In this document: positions 40,630-50,056 of the stretch, piece after piece
How positions within the stretch are numbered: the stretch's first letter is position 1
Layout: each line of letters starts with the position of its first letter
NCBI GenBank assembly: GCA_028023455.1
Contig: JAQFVV010000008.1
Span: 1,922,001 to 1,986,000, forward strand
Reading direction: 5' to 3'
Length of the DNA stretch: 64,000 bases
Source: Epiperipatus broadwayi
Taxonomy: Eukaryota; Animalia; Onychophora
Program-made: the position numbers and the translations under genes
Notes under the pieces: generated by a model
The model's input: the letters and a program-made list of their open reading frames with translations, nothing else
What the model was told of the DNA's origin: nothing
Database searches by the model: none

Positions 40630-40808
40630 AAATTAAAACAGGCAAAACTCTCCATACAGTATTGCTACTCAGTGCAAGCCAGAGTAATCAATGGATGCCA
40701 GAAGACTTGTGTATAAAATCCCCATCTAGTGCCTACTCATCCAATATTCCCAGACTAGTTTCTGGCTTGTGGCCTTTGTCAGTGAGGGGCCTTAATGATC
40801 GTGATGTT
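40630..40808 (-). mobile_element. Short family A insertion inside gypsy RNase H/integrase linker (8-bp TSD)
   Basis: TSD TATTCTAG at 40622-40629 and 40809-40816. Hammerhead 40747-40788 (-, CTGACAA). Short inverted tag at the 5' end. Confidence 0.9.
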
Positions 40809-41600
40809 TATTCTAGGGAAAGCAAATAGGGCATGCTGTCAATCTATCTCATATACCTTACCAGTCAGAGACCGATAAAAGGGAAATAGAAATTAACTAT
40901 ATCTATGTACTAAAAAATTAAACCCCTCAATAGAACAATAGTAGCTGCATGATCAGAAGATGACATCTACCAATGGATTATAAATCAAATTAGTATAGAT
41001 TGGCCTAAGTAATATCTAACTATGGAATGCTCATGAGCAGTTGTCCATCTGCAAAAGCTGCATTCTGAAGGGCAATTGTTTGCAAATCACAGTTAAGGGG
41101 AGAAATCATATTCTTAAGTTATTGCATCAAGATCATCTGGGCACTGTTAGGGCAAAGGCTTTAGCCTGTACTTATGTCTGGTGGCCAAACATTAACACTG
41201 ATATTGAAAAATATATATCTAAAAAAATGTGGTAACTGTCAATCATGCACTAAAGTGCTGCCATCAAAGTTTGAAGAATAGACAAAAGCTAGAGATCATG
41301 GCAAGCGTATCCACATTGATCACTGTGGCCCAATAGAGGAACATTTATTTTTAGTAGTCATAAATGCATATTCAGGGTGGTCCAAATATAATATTAGTTC
41401 AGACAAAATCCTTGATAAATTATAGAAATTTTTTTCAGACCATGGTCTCCATGAAACTTTAGTTTCAGATAATTGAACTGGCTTCACATCCGAGAAATTT
41501 GAGGAGTCTATACAAATAATGGGAGATAAAACATTTACACATGCCCCCTTACCACTCTCAATCTAATGGGATTGGTTGAAAAAGCCATGCAAACAAGTAT

Positions 41601-42921
41601 GGACCACCATTTCTAATGCTTTCTCGTAACTTATTAAAACAGGCAAAACTCTCCATACAGTAGTGCCACTCAGTGCTAGCCAGAGTAATCAATGGATGCC
41701 AGAAGACTTGTGCATAAAATCCCTATTTAGTACCTACTCATCCAATATCCCCAGACTAGTTTCTAGCATGTGGCTTTCGTCAGTGAGGAACTTTGGATCT
41801 GAGAGCACTGCACCTAGATCTTAGGATTTAATGCAACCCTCCAGCAGACACCTTTTATCTCTACTGAACTACAAAACTATGAAAATAATATTGATAACAC
41901 AATATTTTCAATCCAAGCTCATTAGCTTATATAGTCATATAGGTCTGAACTCAGTTCAGTACCCATATATTTTGATGTCTTTGGTTCTTTAATAATCATA
42001 GACACCACCATTCTATTAGGCAGGATTGGTATTAAACCACTAAACATTGCATGACCACCATTCCTTATGCTTGCTCATTAAAACAGGCAAAACTCTCCAT
42101 ACAGTAGTGCCACTCAGCGCAAGCCAGAGTAATCAATGGATACTAGGTTTGTGCATAAAATCCCTATCTAGTGCCTATTTATCCAATATCCCCAGACTAG
42201 TTTCTAGCTTGTGGCTTTTGTCAGTGAGGAGCCTTGAATCTGGGAGCACTGCACCTTGATCTTAGGATCTAATGCAACCCTCCAGCAGCCATCTTTTATC
42301 TCTACAAAACTCCTCACTGACGAAATCCACAAGCTACAAACTAGTCTGGGGACATTGGACGAGTAGGCACTACATAGGGATTTTATGCACAAGCTTTCTG
42401 GCATTCATTGATTACTCTGGCTTGCACTGAGTGGCACTATTGTATGGAGAGTTTTGCCTGTTTTAATAACAGTTATGAGCAAGCATAAGAAATGGTGGTC
42501 ATGTGATGTTTAGTGGTTTAATACCAATCCTGCCTAATAGGATAGTGGTGGCTATAGTTATTAAAGAACCAAAGACATCAAAATGTATGGGTACTGAATT
42601 GAGTTTAGACCTATATGACTATATAAGCTGGATTGAAAATATTATTGTGTTTTCAATTTTATCCTCATAGTTTTGTAGTAAAAGGTGGCTTCTGGAGGGT
42701 TGCATTAGATCCTAAGATCTAGGTGCAGTGCTCTCAGATCCAAGACTCCTCATTAACAAAAGCCACAAGCTAGAAACTAATCTGAAGATATTGGATGAGT
42801 AGGCATTAGATAGGGATTTTATGCACAAGCCTTCTCGCACCCATTAATTATTCTGGCTTGAGGTGGTGTCTTGCACTGAGTGGCACTACTGTATGGAGAG
42901 TTTTGCCTGTTTTAATAATTT
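41601..42921. mobile_element. Family A insertion inside gypsy integrase: tandem (-) plus tandem (+)
   Basis: Probable TSD AAGTAT (41595-41600 / 42922-42927). Hammerheads at 41748-41789 and 42189-42230 (-), and 42311-42352 and 42747-42788 (+). Spacing 441 and 436 bp. Host integrase resumes after 42921. Confidence 0.92.
41748..41789 (-). ncRNA. Family A type-I hammerhead, best-preserved copy
   Basis: TCCTCA-CTGACGA-A AGC CACAT GCT A-GAAA-CTAG-TC^TGGGGA. Helix I extends via ATCCAA/TTGGAT, CTC/GAG and GTGC/GCAC. Confidence 0.88.
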
Positions 42922-43329
42922 AAGTATTCCATTAACAAGGAAGCAATATTTACTGCACTGCTTTATCTGCATTCGACTCCGGCTGCTAGATCACCTGCTG
43001 AAATATATTTAAGTCGAAAGCTGCAGACAAATGATCAAACATTGTACCGACAGCGGATCATAAAGATCATTTATATGTTTACATCTGAGGAAAGAGTGTG
43101 GGTTAAAAATAAACAAATTCAGGTTGCATACTATAATTATACATCAACTATTAACTCATTAGGTGCCGAATTTTTTTGGGAAAACAGGGAATTAATTTTA
43201 TTGGTCAATTACCTAAAAATCTGAAGTAATGCTATTCATCAATTTTTTGTTTAGAGTACGCTTCTATTCAAAAAATTACAACCTTCAATAAACAGAACTG
43301 TTTTAATTTAGCTTATAAAAATAAAGTTA

Positions 43330-43700
43330 TTTCACATTCAAATTGGTAAAATGTAATGAAAAATTTAAAATAATGTGAATAACTGAAGAAAAATATAAGA
43401 AAACATTTAAAAAGAACTTCCAGTATAACAAAAGAATTCTATTTCAACCAATCATTATGTGACATGACCGGTGATTTTTTTTTGTCCTAGAGTCATTTTT
43501 TTTCTCTTAGAAATAACGAACTCTGATTATTTAGCTTCTAAAAATTTGAATTATTTCACACTGAAATTGGTAAAATGTAATGAAAAATTAAAAATAATGC
43601 TCATAACTAAAGAAAAATAGAAAAAAAACATTTGAAAAATAGCCAGTGGTAAAACAAAAGAATTATATTTTAACCGATCATTACGTGACAACACTGGTGG
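43330..43700. repeat. Diverged ~145-bp direct duplication, period ~225 bp
   Basis: TTTCACA..AAATTGGTAAAATGTAATGAAAAATT...CAAAAGAATT..GTGACA occurs twice. Confidence 0.75.
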
Positions 43701-45517
43701 GTTTTTTTTTTACTTATAAATTATGATCTCTGAATATTCATTTTTGTCATTTCTTCTTCTTCTAAAATTTAATATTTTAAATAAAAATCTAAATCTACAC
43801 ATATTATAAGTCTATATATACACTTTATTGGACCATACAATGGAAAAACTAGTCATAAAATACTTAAATATTTATGAAAAATAGTTACACTTTTCTAAAA
43901 CATTGAATCTCATTGATATGCAAATAGTGGATTCTTGTCTTGAATAGCACGGTCAAAAGTTATCCTCTTTCCCTTGATTATTTTTCTTGTAAAATTTAAA
44001 AATTTTCAAATCAAAGTTCATATTCAAGTAAAGTAATGTAAAAACTTAATTATCAATGTAAAAAATTACTAGAAATATATTTATTTACATTCAAAATCTA
44101 TTATGAAACATAAAATATTCACAAAACATTTTGGTTTGATTTCTGACATTGACACTTAGACACGCCTAATGGACAATGGCCTAAGCTCAGTCAGTGCTTA
44201 GCGGCATCTTATAAGGGTAAAAAGACTACTATATAACAATAAACAGCAAGGAAAAATCAATTTTTTTCAAAAATTACTGCCAAATGAGGATTTTTTTTGG
44301 AACTAATATTATAAATATGCGATTTTCTATAAAATAAGCATAAAATGATGATTTTGTGACCAAAAATGTCCAAGACATGGCGCAAGGATAATTCCTAGGC
44401 ATAATAATCAGTTAAAGCAGGTGGCGACTATTCGTATGAATGACAGAATATTATGCAAGCATGTCAATGAACTGCGTAAAAATGAAAGCGTGGATGTAAT
44501 ACACAAGTTATTCAAGAGAAATAGTACTAAATGAAGATACTAAACCGGAAACAGAGTTTGCTCACAGTGATGAAGATCAATTATGTGTACCAGAGGGTAA
44601 TATAATAAGTGAAGCTGTGATAAATCTGCCTCAATGCATAAAAAGGAAAAAGGATTCCGAATTACTCTGTGATTTCATTTTAACATGGGGAGGTGTGTGA
44701 TGTATGGGTGTGTATGTTTGTAATAGGATGATACTTAAATAATTAAAATGGTATTACATGATCAGAGAAGTTTAATTTCTGAGTAGATGAAAAGATCAAT
44801 TAGTTAAAATCTCTGGAGATAAGTAATGAAATTCTTTCAATAAAAATATATGTTCTTAACAATTAAAATATTGTGAGTTTCTGAACCATTCACTGATGAC
44901 AACTCTAGAAATCAATAAATAACTTTTTAATAGAACTTAATAGAAATAAAATCTTCCAATCCAGGATATATCTAATAAATGAAATAATTACCTTATTGGC
45001 AGGATCTGAAAGAAGAGCCAATCAAAAGAATAATTGCACAATCGATAGAAGAAAAGTGAGACAAAAAAATGAACATGAATTGTTAAAAACTCCTGGTGTA
45101 CAGGTGGACATTTAACCTGGGTACTGGATGGCATTGTATATATCTTAAGCTTCCAGTGTGGAGAAACTTGCTTCCGAATGTGGTAATATAGGTCTTCATT
45201 ATTATTTCTGTATGCCTAAGAGTCTATATATAGGTTTTAAATTGTACATCTGTTAATTAATAATGTAAACCTCTGATAGATATAATAAATTTAAACTGTT
45301 ATTAGTTGTGGCATTTACCAGGGAATAAATTTAATCTCATGCAGTCTGACAAGAAAGAGTTATGCTTTCAGACAAAGCAAACACCTATACAGTTAAATAT
45401 TGTTTTGAGAAATATAATAATAATATTGTATTTCCCTTAACCCTTTCATCACCTTATTTTTAAGAACAGACAGTTGCTGATAGAATAATGGAACATAATT
45501 TCAAATATAATTATTAA

Positions 45518-45660
45518 ACGTGAATTCGGTCACAAATAATAGTAACTGATGATAATTCTTAAACGTGAATTCGGTCACAAATAATAGTAACTGATGACAA
45601 CTTAACTATTATTATTCGGTCATAAATAGTAACAACTGATGACAACTTATCTATTATTAA
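45518..45660. repeat. Short tandem duplications (~45 bp)
   Basis: AAACGTGAATTCGGTCACAAATAATAGTAACTGATGA occurs twice, plus a partial third copy. Confidence 0.8.
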
Positions 45661-45944
45661 AATTTTTTTGAATCCCATAAGTACATATTTTAATTTTTTA
45701 CACAACCGTGTAGAATTCAATACAGCAGTTATCTTTATTGTAATGTCTTACGATCCGTGATGATTTTTCTATCATGACGTCATTCAAGGAATGACTGCGG
45801 AACTAGACTATTATTGTCTGCGGTATGAATGGTAACCGTAACTAGTAAACAAATACTATTTTGATAGCGCTAATTCGTTCTTAAAAATGATAACAAGTTT
45901 TTGGCTGGTTTGTTATTCTAGAGACTAAAACACTACACCAGTTT

Positions 45945-45962
45945 TGGCGACGAGGATGGGAT
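45945..45962 (+). promoter_or_regulatory. Primer-binding site complementary to tRNA-Ser(GCU) 3' end
   Basis: TGGCGACGAGGATGGGAT is the complement of the recalled tRNA-Ser(GCU) end ATCCCATCCTCGTCG-CCA. Confidence 0.8.
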
Positions 45963-46088
45963 ACGCGAGATACTAAAAATATATATTATATTTTAATTCA
46001 ACAGTGTTCTTTATAATATTATTCTTAATCGTACGTAGGACGCCGAATTTTTTTTTTTACTCAAACTTTGTTTTCTATTGGATTTATA

Positions 46089-48662
46089 ATGGCAACTATT
46101 GGTTCTATAGCACCTTTCGACGCTGACTCACCGCAAATGTGGGATACATACGCGTCACAGGTAAATTTCTTTTGTGAAGCTAATAATATTATTGCTGACG
46201 AAAAGAAACGTGCAACACTCCTCGCTGTCTGCGGACTACGAACATTAAGTATTCTTCGTTCTCTTATATCACCTGCATTGCCTCATGACAAGTCATATCA
46301 AGAAATAGTAAATATATTAAAACAGTATTTTAATCCACAACCTTCCGTTATTTACCAACGTTTTCAATTTCACCGTCGTTGGCAACGAGAAGAAGAAAAT
46401 GTGAGTGCATTTTTAGCCGACCTTCGACGTTTGGCAGAGAGCTGCGATTTTGGTCTTTCACTAACAGAGCGTCTTCGAGATCAATTTGTCTGTGGACTTC
46501 GTGATGAAACTACACAGCGCAAATTATTAACAGAAGAATCTTTAACATTAGAGATATCTATACAGCGTAGTTTAGCTGCTGAATCTGCATTGGTGCAGGT
46601 GCGTGAAATCCGTGCCACAAACACTCCCATGTCGACTGTTGATCTTATTCAGCGAAACAGATCAACCTTACCTCGCAAAAATGTTTCTAGGTTTTCACTG
46701 TCTTCACAAACATCCCCTACACACAAAAGGAACATTGGTGCATCTCAATCGGGATCTCCACTTTGCTATGGTTGTGGCAGTCAACACAATCGAGTGGAAT
46801 GCCCTTTCAAGAAAACCAAATGCCATTTCTGCCAGAAAATAGGTCATCTACAGCGTGTATGCCGAGCAAAACAACGCACTATTCCTGGATCTGCAAACCA
46901 CTGCATGGCAGTAATGGAGACGGATGATGATGTAAGCCATATCCATGAAATACGCCGTGATGCTTCAACACCTAAATCCTCCGCACATGTGTACATTAAT
47001 GGCAAGGAATGTAAAATGGAAATTGACTCAGGATCAGAATATTCTATTGTATCTTCTGACACACTATCTGAATTGTGCAATGGAAAAATACCTGAACTAC
47101 ATCCAGTAACAATTACATTACGGGATTTCCAGCACCACTCAATATTATTCAAGGGATATTGTGTTGTACATGTTCAGTATGGTGTATATTCATGCCATCT
47201 ACGTTTATTAATAACAGAGAGTCCCTGTACAAACCTGTTAGGACGTGAATGGTTCACACCTCTAGGTATTTCATTAACTGGAGTCCATCTAATTACCGAA
47301 CCATCTATTCAAGATATCATTAATGAATTTCCACAAGTTTTCAGCTCATCTATAGGAACTTATAAGGGTCCAGCTGTATCATTGCCAGTTGATCCTAAAT
47401 TTCCCCCAATCAGACTACGAGCCCGGCCACTACCACTTGCTATGAAACCTAAGGTGGATGTTGCTTTAGATACTCTGCTCCGCGATGGGATCATTGAACC
47501 AGTGGAAAACCCTGTATGGACAACACCAGTAGTACCGATTCTTAAACCAACAGGAGAGGTGAGATTATGCGGTGACTACAAAGTGACAGTCAACAGAGCT
47601 CTTCAGAATCACCCATACCCTATACCTGCGGTACATCATCTTCTGACATCTCTTCCTCCTAGCTCTATCTTTGCAAAAATTGATTTAGCTAAGGCCTACC
47701 TACAACTTCCAGTTGATGATATGTCTGCAAACATACAGACAATCATCACTCATCGAGGAGCCTTCCGCGTAAAACGTCTACAGTTCGGAATCTGTGTTGC
47801 ACCCGGAATGTTTCAATGTATTATAGACAATTTACTTGGAAACATTTCTGGAGTTTTTCCATATTTCGATGACATATTAATTTGTGCGTCTTCAACAATT
47901 GATCTATGTTCAAAATTACGTACTGTGTTTAAAAGGTTAGCACACAGTGGATTGCGGGCCAATAAAGAAAAATGTGTATTTGGAGTAGATTCTGTGGAAT
48001 TTCTGGGTTATACAATCGACTGTAAAGGCCTGCATCCATCTCCAAGTAAAACAACTGCAATTCAAAATGCTTGCTCTCCTAGGAACAAAATAGAACTGAA
48101 AGCATTCTTAGGTCTTATAAATTTTTATAACAATTTCCTTCCAGATCGTGCAACAGTAGCTGAACCTTTACATCGTTTATTACAGACAAATGCTACATGG
48201 ACTTGGACACCACAACATGAAAAAGCCTTTCTTAAACTTAAAGAGGCATTGATGTCCAATAATGTTCTAGTTCCATTTGACCCTCACCAAAGTGTTCTAC
48301 TTACATGTGATGCTTCGCCTTATGGAGTAGGTGCAGTACTAAGTATGCAATATCCTGATGGATCATCCGCTCCAGTTGCTTTTGCTTCACGGACATTGTC
48401 TAAGGCTGAACGAAACTATGCACAAATTGATAAAGAAGCTTTGGCAATAGTATTTGGCGTGAAACGTTTTCATCATTTCCTATTCGGAATTAAATTTAAC
48501 ATTTGTACTGATCATCGTCCGCTGCTTGGCATTTTTACCTCGGATAAACCAACACCAATAATTTTATCACCCCGAATGCAAAGATGGACACACATCCTCA
48601 ATGCATATTCTTTCAAACTGGAATATAAACCAGGAAAAAAGTTGCAAATGCAGACGCGTTGA
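46089..48662 (+). CDS. Gag-protease-RT-RNase H polyprotein
   Basis: First ATG at 46089 (MATIGSIAPFD). Twin CCHC knuckles, MEIDSGS, YFDDILI, CDASPYGVGAVL, TDHRPL. Frameshift at the A-run 48635-48640. Confidence 0.95.
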   Translation: MATIGSIAPFDADSPQMWDTYASQVNFFCEANNIIADEKKRATLLAVCGLRTLSILRSLISPALPHDKSYQEIVNILKQYFNPQPSVIYQRFQFHRRWQREEENVSAFLADLRRLAESCDFGLSLTERLRDQFVCGLRDETTQRKLLTEESLTLEISIQRSLAAESALVQVREIRATNTPMSTVDLIQRNRSTLPRKNVSRFSLSSQTSPTHKRNIGASQSGSPLCYGCGSQHNRVECPFKKTKCHFCQKIGHLQRVCRAKQRTIPGSANHCMAVMETDDDVSHIHEIRRDASTPKSSAHVYINGKECKMEIDSGSEYSIVSSDTLSELCNGKIPELHPVTITLRDFQHHSILFKGYCVVHVQYGVYSCHLRLLITESPCTNLLGREWFTPLGISLTGVHLITEPSIQDIINEFPQVFSSSIGTYKGPAVSLPVDPKFPPIRLRARPLPLAMKPKVDVALDTLLRDGIIEPVENPVWTTPVVPILKPTGEVRLCGDYKVTVNRALQNHPYPIPAVHHLLTSLPPSSIFAKIDLAKAYLQLPVDDMSANIQTIITHRGAFRVKRLQFGICVAPGMFQCIIDNLLGNISGVFPYFDDILICASSTIDLCSKLRTVFKRLAHSGLRANKEKCVFGVDSVEFLGYTIDCKGLHPSPSKTTAIQNACSPRNKIELKAFLGLINFYNNFLPDRATVAEPLHRLLQTNATWTWTPQHEKAFLKLKEALMSNNVLVPFDPHQSVLLTCDASPYGVGAVLSMQYPDGSSAPVAFASRTLSKAERNYAQIDKEALAIVFGVKRFHHFLFGIKFNICTDHRPLLGIFTSDKPTPIILSPRMQRWTHILNAYSFKLEYKPGKKLQMQTR

Positions 48663-50056
48663 GCAGATTTCCACTTCCATCAACCGAATGCGACAATCCA
48701 AACATGAATGGTGTCTTTTTCTTGGAGGAATTGGAAGATCCTCCTGTAACTGCTGAACAAGTTGCACATGCAACACGAAAAGACTTTTTGTTATCAAGAG
48801 TAAAAAACTATATTTTCACTGCCTGGCCAAGCAGAACCACAGACACTAAACTTCAACCTTTTCTTATAAGACGCAATGAGTTATCAACACACAAAAACTG
48901 TTTGCTTTGGGGGTCACGCGTAATTATTCCTTATTCTCTACAGAGAATTGTTCTTAACGAACTTCATTTGGGTCATTCTGGCATCGTGAGAACCAAAGCA
49001 TTAGCAAGATCATACGTATGGTGGCCATCAATGGATAGGGATATTGAGAATCTTGTGGGCAAATGCAAAAATTGTCAAGTCATAAGACATGCTTGCCCCC
49101 GTGCTCCAATTCACCCTTGGGAACCACCATCCACACCATGGTCACGACTGCACGTAGATTTTGCAGGCCCAATCGATGGGCAAATGCTTTTTGTTGTTGT
49201 TGACGCCTATTCAAAATGGGTAGAAGTGCGCAGAATGCCTAAAACAACCTCAGTTGCAACAGTCACAGTACTACGAGAACTATTTTGTACCCATGGAATA
49301 CCAGAGTGTGTAGTTTCGGACAATGGACCCCAGTTTGTTTCTTCAGAGTTTTCTACTTTTCTTGCTAGTAATGGAATTCGCCATGCACGAATCGCACCTT
49401 ACCACCCATCAAGTAATGGTCTTGCGGAGAGGGCTGTCCAGTCTGTGAAGGAGAGCCTAAAGCGTATTACTCATGGAAATTGGGAGCAACGTATTGCCCA
49501 ATACCTTTTGGCTCAGCACATAACTCCATCTACAACTACAGGTTTGAGTCCAGCCGAAATGCTCTTTCATCGACGCCTTCGTACATGCCTGGACTTCCTT
49601 CATCCGGATAGAGCCCCAAAGTCAGCACCATACAAACATCATCGGTTACGTGAATTCCAACCAGATGACACAGTATTTACACGAGCAGCAGGAAGGGGTT
49701 CTCCATGGATTCCTGCTATGGTAGAACAGCGTACAGGCCCTCTGTCATATGAAGTACGAACTGATCTGGGTTTACAACATAAGCACATTGATCAGTTGCG
49801 CTCAAGAACAGTGGACACTTTTCCAACTGTCTCATCTCCTGCTGAGGAAACACCACTTGCCCAAAATTCTCTACCCAGTGTGACACTGGAAAACACAAAT
49901 AACCCGAGCTCAACACATTTCCATCCTACTCAACACATTTCCATCCTACATCTTCAATTCAAACTCCAAAGGCTTACAGAGAACACCCTCAACGTCAACG
50001 CCGTCCACCAGTGCATTTCAAGGATTATGTTACATACTAAGGGGGAAGGAGTGTAA
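48659..50056 (+). CDS. Integrase (frameshifted continuation of pol)
   Basis: HLGHSG..CKNC zinc finger, HVDFAGP, SDNGPQF, NGLAERAVQ. C-terminus shifted by a 20-bp duplication at 49909-49948. Confidence 0.93.
   Translation: MSRFPLPSTECDNPNMNGVFFLEELEDPPVTAEQVAHATRKDFLLSRVKNYIFTAWPSRTTDTKLQPFLIRRNELSTHKNCLLWGSRVIIPYSLQRIVLNELHLGHSGIVRTKALARSYVWWPSMDRDIENLVGKCKNCQVIRHACPRAPIHPWEPPSTPWSRLHVDFAGPIDGQMLFVVVDAYSKWVEVRRMPKTTSVATVTVLRELFCTHGIPECVVSDNGPQFVSSEFSTFLASNGIRHARIAPYHPSSNGLAERAVQSVKESLKRITHGNWEQRIAQYLLAQHITPSTTTGLSPAEMLFHRRLRTCLDFLHPDRAPKSAPYKHHRLREFQPDDTVFTRAAGRGSPWIPAMVEQRTGPLSYEVRTDLGLQHKHIDQLRSRTVDTFPTVSSPAEETPLAQNSLPSVTLENTNNPSSTHFHPTQHISILHLQFKLQRLTENTLNVNAVHQCISRIMLHTKGEGV

Larger units (their letters stand above)
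37930..43300 (+). mobile_element. Old, heavily decayed Ty3/gypsy element interrupted by family A insertions
   Basis: Gag (KIATVLRFAG), protease (MEVDS), RT (PLVNITKPNEKISLCADY), RNase H (TDAS..EKNYSQ..KEALA, with a ~128-bp tandem duplication) and integrase (HQDHLG..YVWWP, SPAEIYLSRKL). Boundaries approximate. Confidence 0.85.

Noticed and set aside
26029-42404. Listed ORFs inside family A copies (26029, 26973, 40611, 42047, 42204)
   Set aside because: Frames and stops are not conserved between monomers. They resemble each other only because the DNA repeat is shared.
44893-44925. CTGATGA...GAAA as a hammerhead
   Set aside because: No pairing for helix II, III or I. Such 7-mers are expected by chance in 64 kb.
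44200-45450. piggyBac-like fragment (acidic peptide at ~44540-44650, TTAACCCTTT at ~45437)
   Set aside because: No matching opposite terminus and no transposase motifs.
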